This document shows, piece after piece, positions 9,105 to 17,869 of a stretch of 64,000 bases of DNA (within the stretch, counting starts at the first letter, position 1; the number at the start of each line of letters is the position of its first letter). The notes below the pieces were generated by a model. It searched no databases and was not told where the DNA came from. It saw only the letters and a program-made list of their open reading frames with translations. Source of the stretch: a virus. The translations under genes and the position numbers were made by a program. The DNA is taken from the IMG/VR virus record IMGVR_UViG_3300042891_001180; one strand, given 5' to 3'.

Positions 9105-9326
9105 TTAAGCTCCCTTTTTTGCTGTACCTGTAATTGCGTTTGCAAATGTTTCTGAAGCAATGTTCATTACGTCATTTGCAGACTTAAAAATTTGTTTTGT
9201 AAAGACACGTTGTGCCTCAACGAAATCAACTAAAGGTTTTTGAAGGGATTCTTCCTTAACTGTTTGTTTGAGGAAGTTAATTTTGGCGTTTTGAATGGAA
9301 TCAATAGCCATGTTTGAATAAAACAT
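9105..9326 (-). CDS. Small amphipathic helical protein (phasin-like pattern)
   Basis: AGGAG RBS; FVEAQRVFTKQIFK; first gene of the hsp20 operon. Confidence 0.6.
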   Translation of the reverse strand: MFYSNMAIDSIQNAKINFLKQTVKEESLQKPLVDFVEAQRVFTKQIFKSANDVMNIASETFANAITGTAKKGA

Positions 9327-9331
9327 ATAGT

Positions 9332-9475
9332 TTCTCCTATTAAGCGAGTTTAAAATTTGATACCCCTAAGGCGTATCGTTAATCCAGCTTACCGACTACT
9401 GGGGTACCTTATCGTTGTACCGGCTTTAGACGCTCCTAAGGTAGAAGAGCCTATTACGTTCCCATCCCGGGGATA
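9332..9475 (-). ncRNA. Structured 5' leader ending in a ROSE-like thermometer hairpin
   Basis: Consecutive hairpins GCTCTT/AGGAGC, GGTAC/GTACC, CCAGT/GCTGG, GATAC/GTATC, then CTCGCT-TAAT-AGGAG over the RBS; TATAAT just upstream. Confidence 0.55.
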
Positions 9476-9489
9476 TATTATATATGCTT

Positions 9490-9921
9490 TTACTCGTCAG
9501 AATCTATTCTTTTTTTACCAATATTATACTTGGTTTGTAGATCCCATTCGTGCTTATCCTTATGTGCAATTACTTTAATCTGCGATAAAGGAGCAAGCTC
9601 AGTAAACTTTGTATTGTCTAAAATCTTTACCAGACCCCAATCGGATAGAAGTTTGGCAATTGTATTTCTACGTTCTAAATCGTTATCTGATAAATCGGCT
9701 TGCTTCCCATCTAAGGCAAAGAGCTCTTTAAAGTGAACGATGTAGTATTTTCCTTGTTTATGCAGGATGTGGCAAGATTGATAAAGAATCTTATCTTTAC
9801 GTGATGCGACACCAATTCTAGTTAACGTTTCTCTTACTTTTAAAAAATCATCTGGTTGAACAAGAAGGACTTCTAGAGGTGCATATCCAGGCAAGTCAAT
9901 CTTGAAGTACTCGTTTGACAT
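9490..9921 (-). CDS. regA: Translational repressor RegA
   Basis: DDFLKVRETLTRIGVAS, LYQSCHILHKQGKYYIVHFKELF. Confidence 0.97.
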   Translation of the reverse strand: MSNEYFKIDLPGYAPLEVLLVQPDDFLKVRETLTRIGVASRKDKILYQSCHILHKQGKYYIVHFKELFALDGKQADLSDNDLERRNTIAKLLSDWGLVKILDNTKFTELAPLSQIKVIAHKDKHEWDLQTKYNIGKKRIDSDE

Positions 9922-10351
9922 TATTAATTCCACCTTTTTCTAATTTTTGTTTTATCAGGTCAATTTGGGATTGATCTAGAAGGGGAAGTACCTGGCGGGC
10001 TTTATCTGTGCTATAACCATAGTATTGTTTAATTACTTCTATCGACTCAATCTTATCAGCTTTGATCCACTTGTTAAAGCGTTTCTTAGGCCTAATGTTA
10101 TTTATTAGAAATTGGAATTGGAGTTTTTTATCTAAATGAGGCCTAGAATTCATCTCATTTGCCTGGATTACGGTATCGGCGCCGTACGAGAGTCCTTTAT
10201 TAACGATGTATGGGACATACTGCTTTTCAGCCCAGTCATCTATCATAAGATCGTTCTTATTATAGGTGATTGCATTTATAAAATCGAAAGGTGAAATAGC
10301 AGGCACCTTGTAAGGCTCAACAACTATCTCTACTTTAGGTTCCCCGAACAT
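9896..10351 (-). CDS. gp62: Clamp loader small subunit
   Basis: YVPYIVNKGLS, ANEMN, YYGYS; immediately upstream of regA as in T4. Confidence 0.92.
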   Translation of the reverse strand: MFGEPKVEIVVEPYKVPAISPFDFINAITYNKNDLMIDDWAEKQYVPYIVNKGLSYGADTVIQANEMNSRPHLDKKLQFQFLINNIRPKKRFNKWIKADKIESIEVIKQYYGYSTDKARQVLPLLDQSQIDLIKQKLEKGGINNVKRVLQD

Positions 10352-10638
10352 CAGAATACCATCCTAATTAAACCGACTGTGTCGATTGTGGTGAGTAGTA
10401 TATAGTTGGCGAGCATTCCAAATGATTTCCTAGTGTAAGCAGCCCAAGCATACAAAGCGCAGCCAGCGATCCAAATAGGATACAAAACAAGAAGCGGTGG
10501 AGTAGGGACTGTAGCGGCCATAGTGATGCTACAACCAATACTAATGCCCCAAGCAAGCAACTCGATAAAAAAGCGTACAGGGTGAGAATTAAAATCATCT
10601 TTTATCCATTCAAATGTCGGTCTTAGTAGGTCGTTCAA
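10351..10638 (-). CDS. Small 3-TM membrane protein
   Basis: Three hydrophobic segments; overlaps neighbours. Confidence 0.7.
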   Translation of the reverse strand: MNDLLRPTFEWIKDDFNSHPVRFFIELLAWGISIGCSITMAATVPTPPLLVLYPIWIAGCALYAWAAYTRKSFGMLANYILLTTIDTVGLIRMVF

Positions 10639-11422
10639 TGCCTAGCTCCTTACGAATTTTTGTAGCAGAAATAGAATGAGTAGCCTCATCGAATACTTCT
10701 TGTTCAATTTTATATCCAACATCTCTGCCATATGTGATATTTACAATGTTAGGAACTACTTGAATCTCGTATTGACCTTGATATAGCATATCAAGATCTC
10801 GTTTAATATAATTTTTAACTTGATCAATAGCGAATGGATTAGACCCTTGCCATCCTTGACAATCTCTAATCTGAATAATCACCTGACCGGTCTTTGCAAT
10901 AGATCTTTCAAACAAAGCGCGGTGTCCGGCATGCCAAGGTTGCCAACGACCAAGCATTTGAACCGTTTCTTTTTTCCAATCAAATATCGGGCGACGACGA
11001 TTATCTAAAATGTGAGCAGCAATAAACTCTCCCCACCTCTCACCACTTTGTTCATTAATCCTAAAGTCATAAACATCTGGTGGTATGAATACTTTGTTTG
11101 TATCCTCAAAACGACCTTTATCGATTGTATCAACCCAGATAGTCCAATCAGCTTTAAAGTTATTACGCATCTCAACAAGAGGAGCAACAAAATCACAAAT
11201 TACAAAATCACAATCATAACTATCAGCCAACTCTCTCATTCGTAAGCTTTGACGAATACGACCTTCATGACTGAAGTCCCAATCATTATACTTCTTGCGT
11301 ACATCATCGGCATTAAGCCACATTACCGTTTTACGCTCATGCTCTAGATGTTCTAAAATGTGTTGTGCAAGATATGTCTTACCTGAGCCAGGTAGCCCCA
11401 TTACTAAAATACGCTGTGTCAT
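10610..11422 (-). CDS. cysC: Adenylyl-sulfate kinase-like domain fused to an HxGH nucleotidyltransferase domain
   Basis: GLPGSGKT, LNADDVR, DFSHEGRIRQ, DFVAP; C-terminal LGRWQPWHAGH and SISATKIR. Confidence 0.78.
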   Translation of the reverse strand: MTQRILVMGLPGSGKTYLAQHILEHLEHERKTVMWLNADDVRKKYNDWDFSHEGRIRQSLRMRELADSYDCDFVICDFVAPLVEMRNNFKADWTIWVDTIDKGRFEDTNKVFIPPDVYDFRINEQSGERWGEFIAAHILDNRRRPIFDWKKETVQMLGRWQPWHAGHRALFERSIAKTGQVIIQIRDCQGWQGSNPFAIDQVKNYIKRDLDMLYQGQYEIQVVPNIVNITYGRDVGYKIEQEVFDEATHSISATKIRKELGIERPTKTDI

Positions 11423-12231
11423 GTATACTGCTCCCAAAAAGACGGAAAATATTGCTGCTGATGCTGAATGGTATGTTTACCTATATATTTTTCATACGCA
11501 TACCTATTTGATTCAATTATAGGTCTCAGATCATGCTGGTTGATAAAGTGACCGCCTGCATGTTTATTATGAAAAATTAATTTAGATTGTGGAACATTTT
11601 TAAAATCATGATTAAAATATGGCAAATCTAAAAAATTATAAATTCGCCTCATCTGCTTATCAGGGTCATCACATAACTTATTATAATCTATAAAGAGTAA
11701 TCTATCACTATAACCTTGAACTACATTATCATAAAGATGATTATAGTTTGATCCTAATACCCCCTGAAACCGATTAAAGAATTCAGCGCGTGAACCGATC
11801 GTGCTACAACCGTTATCAATTTCATCAAAGTTACACTCTAAAGGGTTCTCTATTCGCATTTTTTCAAACGACGCAATAATTTCATGCGTTGATCGAACCG
11901 ATACTATCATTTTTATTTTTTTTTGAATTAAGCTTTCTAGTAGAGGAATACTTACCCGCGTCCAGTTGTGGTCATTACTAATTACCGCAGATTTATTGCA
12001 TCCCTTAAAGTAACCATACAGAAGACCCGCTAAGGCGTCACGCCTAGGAGCTAATTCTTTCATTTCATACTGACTGCTTATTGTATTTAACGCAAAACTA
12101 CGCCGTGCAGATGAAAGCGCGATAACGAGTGCATTAGAAGTATCACAGAAGAAATAATCATTCTGTTCTAGTATACTGGTTAGTAGTGTTGAGCCTGATC
12201 TAGGTAACCCACATCTAAAAAATATATCCAT
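11419..12231 (-). CDS. Sulfotransferase family protein
   Basis: GLPRSGSTLL 5'-PSB loop; VRSTHEIIAS 3'-PB motif; YNKLCDDP..MRRIYNFL. Confidence 0.82.
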   Translation of the reverse strand: MDIFFRCGLPRSGSTLLTSILEQNDYFFCDTSNALVIALSSARRSFALNTISSQYEMKELAPRRDALAGLLYGYFKGCNKSAVISNDHNWTRVSIPLLESLIQKKIKMIVSVRSTHEIIASFEKMRIENPLECNFDEIDNGCSTIGSRAEFFNRFQGVLGSNYNHLYDNVVQGYSDRLLFIDYNKLCDDPDKQMRRIYNFLDLPYFNHDFKNVPQSKLIFHNKHAGGHFINQHDLRPIIESNRYAYEKYIGKHTIQHQQQYFPSFWEQYT

Positions 12232-12253
12232 ATAGCTTATCTTTTTGTTTATA

Positions 12254-13186
12254 TTACTTTAATTCTACAGATGCCATAATTTCAGTCAAGCATGCAACAA
12301 GGTTAATTTCTTGATCAGCAACAAATGCAGACTTATACTGATAGTCAGCTATCGTCAGCACCAATTGAGGTACCTGGTTAGTAAGGGGTACGAAAGTATC
12401 ATATATCTTTCGAAATATGGAAGCAGGATCGTTATCTAAGTTATTAACTACCCAGGTACGCATCTTTTTCCAGTCTTTATCTTTAATAGCATCGACCAGG
12501 TCTTTCATATTAGCTTCACTTACACTAACAAGAATACCTTCATCAATAGAACCCGATTGAGAATAGCGCTGAAGTTCGTTTAACGTTCTACGGAAGTCCG
12601 GGAAATGCTTTTGTACTACTTTAGCAATTACCTTCGGATCAAAAGGTATAAGTTCCTGATCCAAAATGCTACATACTCGTCTATAGAAATTTGTAGCAAT
12701 AGTTGGCTTATCAGCATTAGGAATCTTAAACTCAATTACAGCGCACCTAGAATGTAAAGGTGGGATAATACGATTCTTAAAATTACACGTTAAGATGAAT
12801 CGACAGTTACCTGCAAACTCTTCGATAAAGCCACGAAGTGCAGGCTGGGTAGAGTTAGGGTTAAGGTAATCTGCCTCATCAAGGATAACTACTTTTGTAT
12901 TACCTGTAAACGAGACCGTCGATGCAAATTGCTTAATCTTTGTACGTAAGACATCAATACCTGACTCTTCTGATCCGTTAATGATCATGTAATCGGTTTG
13001 CAGTTCCTCACACAAGGCTCTAGCAACAGTAGTCTTACCAGTACCAGCAGTACCACATAAAAGCATATTCTGAATCTCACCTTTAGCAACCATTTGCTTA
13101 AAGTATTCTTTTTGAGACTCAGGTAGAATACAATCGTCTATCTTCCTAGGGCGATACTTCTCAACCCAGATAAAATGCTCCGTCAT
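12254..13186 (-). CDS. gp44: Clamp loader large subunit (AAA+)
   Basis: WVEKYRP, GTAGTGKT, DEAD, LHSRC. Confidence 0.96.
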   Translation of the reverse strand: MTEHFIWVEKYRPRKIDDCILPESQKEYFKQMVAKGEIQNMLLCGTAGTGKTTVARALCEELQTDYMIINGSEESGIDVLRTKIKQFASTVSFTGNTKVVILDEADYLNPNSTQPALRGFIEEFAGNCRFILTCNFKNRIIPPLHSRCAVIEFKIPNADKPTIATNFYRRVCSILDQELIPFDPKVIAKVVQKHFPDFRRTLNELQRYSQSGSIDEGILVSVSEANMKDLVDAIKDKDWKKMRTWVVNNLDNDPASIFRKIYDTFVPLTNQVPQLVLTIADYQYKSAFVADQEINLVACLTEIMASVELK

Positions 13187-13196
13187 ACTCTACCCC

Positions 13197-13868
13197 TTAA
13201 ACTACTGAACCAGGCTCGGCAGCAATCCAGTATTGGAGTTGTCTTGACTCATGTTTAAAGTGAAGAAATTTAGCTTTACCGTTAGGAGTCTTAGCAACAG
13301 TAATATCATATGCATCAGGAATAACTTTTAAATTCTCAACAGCAATAAAAACATCGAAGTCATCAAAGGAAGTACCAAGACTCTTTTTAAAGTTAGATGC
13401 AGTATCGTTTTTACGATCACTTACAGATAACATTACAGATTGATTCTTACAAGTTACAGATACAGTAGGAGCACCGGTGATAGCGGCCGCTTTCATAATC
13501 ATCTGAATGTCTTCGGCAGTTACTTTGAACTTATAAACATCCATATGCTCAATTTCTGTAGTAGGCGCGGCAGTTACAATCTCAGGATTCGAATAATAGT
13601 ATTCAAACTTACCAGCCGGGCTCGTAATACCAATACACTTATCACCGAATTCAATCTCTTGACTATCAGTCAACGTCCACATAGCCAGAAGAGAGTTTAA
13701 ATCATAAATTGCAAACTCTTTAGGTATAGTTTCTTTAATAGTAGCTTTAGCAAAGATATTCTTAGCATTAGATATAGTACTTACTGCATCACCCTCCTTA
13801 AATACGATGTTCGTATTAATAGATGCAAAGTTCTTCAACAACGCAATAGTTTCACTTCCAATTTTCAT
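13197..13868 (-). CDS. gp45: DNA polymerase sliding clamp
   Basis: LKNFASIN, FAIYDL, YWIAAE; upstream of gp44. Confidence 0.94.
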   Translation of the reverse strand: MKIGSETIALLKNFASINTNIVFKEGDAVSTISNAKNIFAKATIKETIPKEFAIYDLNSLLAMWTLTDSQEIEFGDKCIGITSPAGKFEYYYSNPEIVTAAPTTEIEHMDVYKFKVTAEDIQMIMKAAAITGAPTVSVTCKNQSVMLSVSDRKNDTASNFKKSLGTSFDDFDVFIAVENLKVIPDAYDITVAKTPNGKAKFLHFKHESRQLQYWIAAEPGSVV

Positions 13869-13899
13869 AATGTAGTCCTCATAATTACATATTATAGTA

Positions 13900-14640
13900 T
13901 CATTTCCAGTTCAGTGCTACTTCTTTCGTTGGCATTGTACCATTATATTTGTCAATACAATATTGTCGTTCTCTTACATCTAATTCTTGAAATTTTGGAT
14001 CCCGGAAGGCAGAGGAACCATGTTCCCTAAAACAGACCAAAACATCATCTAGTTTAATTGGGTCACCGTGGTAAAAGTAAGACCGGTAAAAGTATTCCCC
14101 GTCTACGATCCAAAGCAAGTCATCGTCCATCTCTAAAGCACAGTTGTTTCTAACGGCATAGTTGGATGGGTTACCTGTGGTATTATCCCCATTGACATAT
14201 TTGTTCTCGTACCAAGGGAGTCTGGTATCGAAGAACTGTGTTCGATCTTCATTGCTGTGAGTGAACCCTGATATAAACCATTTACCGTCTGGGTTATTAT
14301 CAAATGCATTAGAGATTTTAAGTAATGCATCCTGATCTACGAAGTAATCATCCATGTAGAGTAATTTAATTATCTCCCCTGTAGCATGCTTGACTGCATT
14401 GTTTACATTATTGGCAGCATTCTTTTTATTACTTGTATTTTTAATATACTTAATATCCAGAACGTGTGAAAATGTATCACAAATGGTTTTAAGGTTATCA
14501 CCCTCGCTTTGATCCGATATTACAACATCAAAGTCTTTAAGAGTCTGATACATCAGATGTGAAAAATATTCTACTAAGAATCTCTCAGCAGTTTTATTTT
14601 TCATTGTGTATACAGGACAACAAATAGATATTTTAGACAT
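13900..14640 (-). CDS. Glycosyltransferase family 2
   Basis: SICCPVY, ISDQS, LYMDDY, GNPS. Confidence 0.82.
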   Translation of the reverse strand: MSKISICCPVYTMKNKTAERFLVEYFSHLMYQTLKDFDVVISDQSEGDNLKTICDTFSHVLDIKYIKNTSNKKNAANNVNNAVKHATGEIIKLLYMDDYFVDQDALLKISNAFDNNPDGKWFISGFTHSNEDRTQFFDTRLPWYENKYVNGDNTTGNPSNYAVRNNCALEMDDDLLWIVDGEYFYRSYFYHGDPIKLDDVLVCFREHGSSAFRDPKFQELDVRERQYCIDKYNGTMPTKEVALNWK

Positions 14641-15073
14641 AATCAACGCATACCCCGTGTATACCTAATAGTTTATATTTTTCAAAATCTACATTTGGAT
14701 AAAAATCTAAAAGAACTTGATTATAGGAAAATACGTTTTGAGGCTTAGGGTAAGTCCAAACATTTCCTTGAGAAGTCAAAGTATAATCATCTTTATCATG
14801 AAAGAAATAATTAAACCCCCTGTACCTATACAACTCAGTACTTGCTTGGAGATTCTTACAATGTATCCATAATCTTGTCTTCATTGATACCAGATAATCC
14901 ATAGGGACAGGGTATGTCGGTTCATCATGCCCAAGATAAAGATCGTTATTATGAACCCAGAGATCAATTTCTATATCGTGCCCTTGACTAATACAATAAT
15001 CAATTACCTCAGGTTTATTTTCATTATCTGGATCAGGTCCAAATGTATTACCTCTATGACAAATAATTTTCAT
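14633..15073 (-). CDS. Glycerophosphodiester phosphodiesterase/PLC-like protein
   Basis: ICHRGN, EN, EIDLW, LGHD, WIHCKN. Confidence 0.75.
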   Translation of the reverse strand: MKIICHRGNTFGPDPDNENKPEVIDYCISQGHDIEIDLWVHNNDLYLGHDEPTYPVPMDYLVSMKTRLWIHCKNLQASTELYRYRGFNYFFHDKDDYTLTSQGNVWTYPKPQNVFSYNQVLLDFYPNVDFEKYKLLGIHGVCVDYV

Positions 15074-15729
15074 TAGATTAGCTTAGGTGCGCCCAGTGGC
15101 TGTACGTTAAGGTACTTCTTCCAGGGTTGACCTTTATCAACACGCTTAAGTTTAGTAAAACCTTTTTTACGAATAATAATATTATCACCTGGTTCGTACT
15201 TACCGTCAATACACTCCTTTACCACCTCAGCAACTTGTAGTGTAGAAAGTCTGGTACGCTTATCTTCACCGGGGTAGTCGTTTTCTCTCATCTTAGTATC
15301 TACACGCCCAGGGCTAACAGAATACGCTTTATAGCCCTCAAAACCTAATGACTGTACGAATGAGATAACACCGGACTTAGATGCAGAGTACCCACTATGT
15401 TCTGGTTTACCGTACATACCGGCAACTGATGCAATAAAGATCATAGTCTTAACATTACAGTTAATAGATGCCCGTGCAATTAAATAACTACCTAACAAGT
15501 TAACTTCAATCTCTTCTTGCCAGTGTTTAATATTCGAATCTTTAACTACTTGTACATGAGAAATGCCAGCGCAGTTAACAATTACGTCAGGTTTATATTT
15601 CTCTAGTGTTGCGCAAATAGCATTATAATCCCTTACGTCACATTCTTCTTTTGGAATGTTTACAGTATCAGGGTAAAGTTGTTTAATACCTTCACCAATG
15701 TCACTCTTACCAAAAATCAATACTTTCAT
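15073..15729 (-). CDS. Short-chain dehydrogenase/reductase
   Basis: VNCAG, IAS, YSASK, SPGRVDT. Confidence 0.85.
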   Translation of the reverse strand: MKVLIFGKSDIGEGIKQLYPDTVNIPKEECDVRDYNAICATLEKYKPDVIVNCAGISHVQVVKDSNIKHWQEEIEVNLLGSYLIARASINCNVKTMIFIASVAGMYGKPEHSGYSASKSGVISFVQSLGFEGYKAYSVSPGRVDTKMRENDYPGEDKRTRLSTLQVAEVVKECIDGKYEPGDNIIIRKKGFTKLKRVDKGQPWKKYLNVQPLGAPKLI

Positions 15730-16451
15730 AATACAACATCCCCGTTTTCAACTTTATCTAAAAATATTTCTAACTCATACGGCGTGCCAAGCATATGCTT
15801 TTTGTTAACATCAACTTCATATACCGATACATTGCCTGACCCTGCAATTAACTCATTGTATGCAGGCGCAATATAAAACTCGTTATTAGTTCTGATGTTT
15901 TTAGCAACCATCATAACAACACTTTCGATATATTCATTACCATGTCGGAAGTAATAGATACCCGCGCAGGCTTTATCGGAAATAACTTTCTTTTCAGCTA
16001 CTTCTACAACTTGGCCTTTTTTAACCTTAGCATAACTGTGGTGTGGGTTAGTTGAATTAAACACAACCAAGGAACCATCACGATCTTTAGACTGCTCTAA
16101 GTAATCATCAAAATCCCATTCAAGATATTGATCGCAGTTTGCAATAACCAATGGCTTTGAATTATTAATGTAAGGTAATGCCATCAACGTGGTACACGCA
16201 GCACCTTCAGTAACAATATCCAATGGAATAATTGTACCCTGTTGCTCCAGAAATTCTTGAAGCCCATTATCTAAATGTTCTTTTAATGCAATAAAAATAA
16301 AATTACATTGACTATGTTTCGATGTAAGTGAATCAATAACTCTTTTAATCATTGGAACACCAACAACATCAATCATTGGTTTAGGCTTGTCATAACCACT
16401 TTCAACAAATCGCTGACCTCTACCGGCCATAGGAATAACTACGTTAATCAT
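15726..16451 (-). CDS. Sugar nucleotidyltransferase (GT-A fold)
   Basis: IPMAGRGQRF...PKPMI, NCDQ, EKKVIS, NNEFY, LGTP. Confidence 0.85.
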   Translation of the reverse strand: MINVVIPMAGRGQRFVESGYDKPKPMIDVVGVPMIKRVIDSLTSKHSQCNFIFIALKEHLDNGLQEFLEQQGTIIPLDIVTEGAACTTLMALPYINNSKPLVIANCDQYLEWDFDDYLEQSKDRDGSLVVFNSTNPHHSYAKVKKGQVVEVAEKKVISDKACAGIYYFRHGNEYIESVVMMVAKNIRTNNEFYIAPAYNELIAGSGNVSVYEVDVNKKHMLGTPYELEIFLDKVENGDVVL

Positions 16452-16462
16452 TTAAATCCTTA

Positions 16463-17131
16463 TTATGGAAATCTAGCTAAGATTTCTTCGTTGATTGGAA
16501 TCTTACCACGCAGACGATCAGTATAATCTTTGGTACATAAACTTGTTAATAGGTGACCGCTCAATTGTGGTTCTTCACTCATAAAGTGAATATTTTCTGC
16601 GCCCATGATAGGGGCAAGAATAGAGTAAAAGTTGTGCATATGATTGGGGTCGAATTTAGCAAGCTCTGCAAACCCTTCAACCACCTGACTATGAAGTCTT
16701 TTAGGCCATGCATAAAATGTATCGCCTACGAATTGTTGACTCTCCCAGTACCCATTACCCTCGCGGGAAACAAAATTAAATTTATCCCAGTCTAAGTTAA
16801 AGTCTTTTAAACTTTTATTGTAATGAACATCAAACCTTGACATGACATAAAAGTCAATACGTTCATCATCCCCCGTGAGGGCGATAGCGGCGGCACGGGT
16901 AGGGTTTTGTTTACTACCTTCAAAAGGTATAGAGGCAATTCGTTTAGGGTTAAGGAGTCTTGTAACTTCATCCATTCTATCATTATCATACGTCATGACA
17001 TATTTGTAGATAGAGTGTTCCTCCCGAAGAGGTTGAATTAAGTTACGATCAATGTTAGGGAAACAATGATTAAAATCTCTTTCAGATTTATGACCGAATG
17101 ATATACCTGCAAAAATTAATGCTATGTTCAT
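16463..17131 (-). CDS. Hypothetical protein, possibly glycosyltransferase-like
   Basis: NIALIFAG, MSRFD motif; sits inside the sugar cluster behind a TATAAATA site. Confidence 0.6.
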   Translation of the reverse strand: MNIALIFAGISFGHKSERDFNHCFPNIDRNLIQPLREEHSIYKYVMTYDNDRMDEVTRLLNPKRIASIPFEGSKQNPTRAAAIALTGDDERIDFYVMSRFDVHYNKSLKDFNLDWDKFNFVSREGNGYWESQQFVGDTFYAWPKRLHSQVVEGFAELAKFDPNHMHNFYSILAPIMGAENIHFMSEEPQLSGHLLTSLCTKDYTDRLRGKIPINEEILARFP

Positions 17132-17152
17132 ATTTACCTTATATAATAGTTT

Positions 17153-17160
17153 TATTTATA
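17153..17160 (-). promoter_or_regulatory. T4-type late promoter TATAAATA
   Basis: Exact consensus about 20 nt upstream of the ATG at 17131; gp55 is in the window. Confidence 0.65.
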
Positions 17161-17869
17161 TTTCAGATTTAAGGTTTACAGCAAAAGGAAAGTAGTCTTT
17201 TCTAAATATTTGATTCAACTTATTTTCATCAGCAATATGTTGTGAACCAAAGCCTCTTGCCTTGTCTGATTCTGGAATCCTATTTTGTATTTGTAGCTTA
17301 CGACCCAATGATCTTTTATTGAATGGCGACCATCCATACCATAATACTTTAAGTTTATCCGTATTAAAATCAGGGTAATGTCTACCAAGAGGGTAATCTA
17401 CTCTGGTTTTATTATGAATTAGTCTAGGTCGTCTTGCTAAAGGGTCTCTACCGTGATAATGAATACCATGGTACTTTTGTTCTATAAGCGGTTTGTTGTA
17501 AGAAGGTGAAATCTCTGGTTCTGCATCTACCATTATAAAACACGGTACCGCAATTTCCTGATTTGGTGTATTATTCATTAAAGAATAATCACCAACCAAC
17601 AACTCGGTAGTATTAAGGCAAGTCTTCCAACCGGAAACTGTACTCTCAATATCAGATACTTCGTCATCAATAAGCTTTGCATCAAAGAATTGATTTCTAG
17701 AATTTATAACTGTCCAATCTGGACATATCTGCTTAATAATACTTAAAGAGTTGTCTGTAGAGGCATAGTTAATCATTATACCATGATTAAAGTATTTCTT
17801 ATGATGCTCTAACCACCAAGGGAGTAAATACTCCTCATTATAAAAGTGAGATATTATTGTCTTGTACAT
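17156..17869 (-). CDS. Glycosyltransferase family 2-like
   Basis: FYNEEYLLPWWLEHH, INYASTDNS. Confidence 0.75.
   Translation of the reverse strand: MYKTIISHFYNEEYLLPWWLEHHKKYFNHGIMINYASTDNSLSIIKQICPDWTVINSRNQFFDAKLIDDEVSDIESTVSGWKTCLNTTELLVGDYSLMNNTPNQEIAVPCFIMVDAEPEISPSYNKPLIEQKYHGIHYHGRDPLARRPRLIHNKTRVDYPLGRHYPDFNTDKLKVLWYGWSPFNKRSLGRKLQIQNRIPESDKARGFGSQHIADENKLNQIFRKDYFPFAVNLKSEI

Noticed and set aside
9357-9578. 73-aa plus-strand ORF
   Set aside because: Antisense to regA and the structured leader; no RBS
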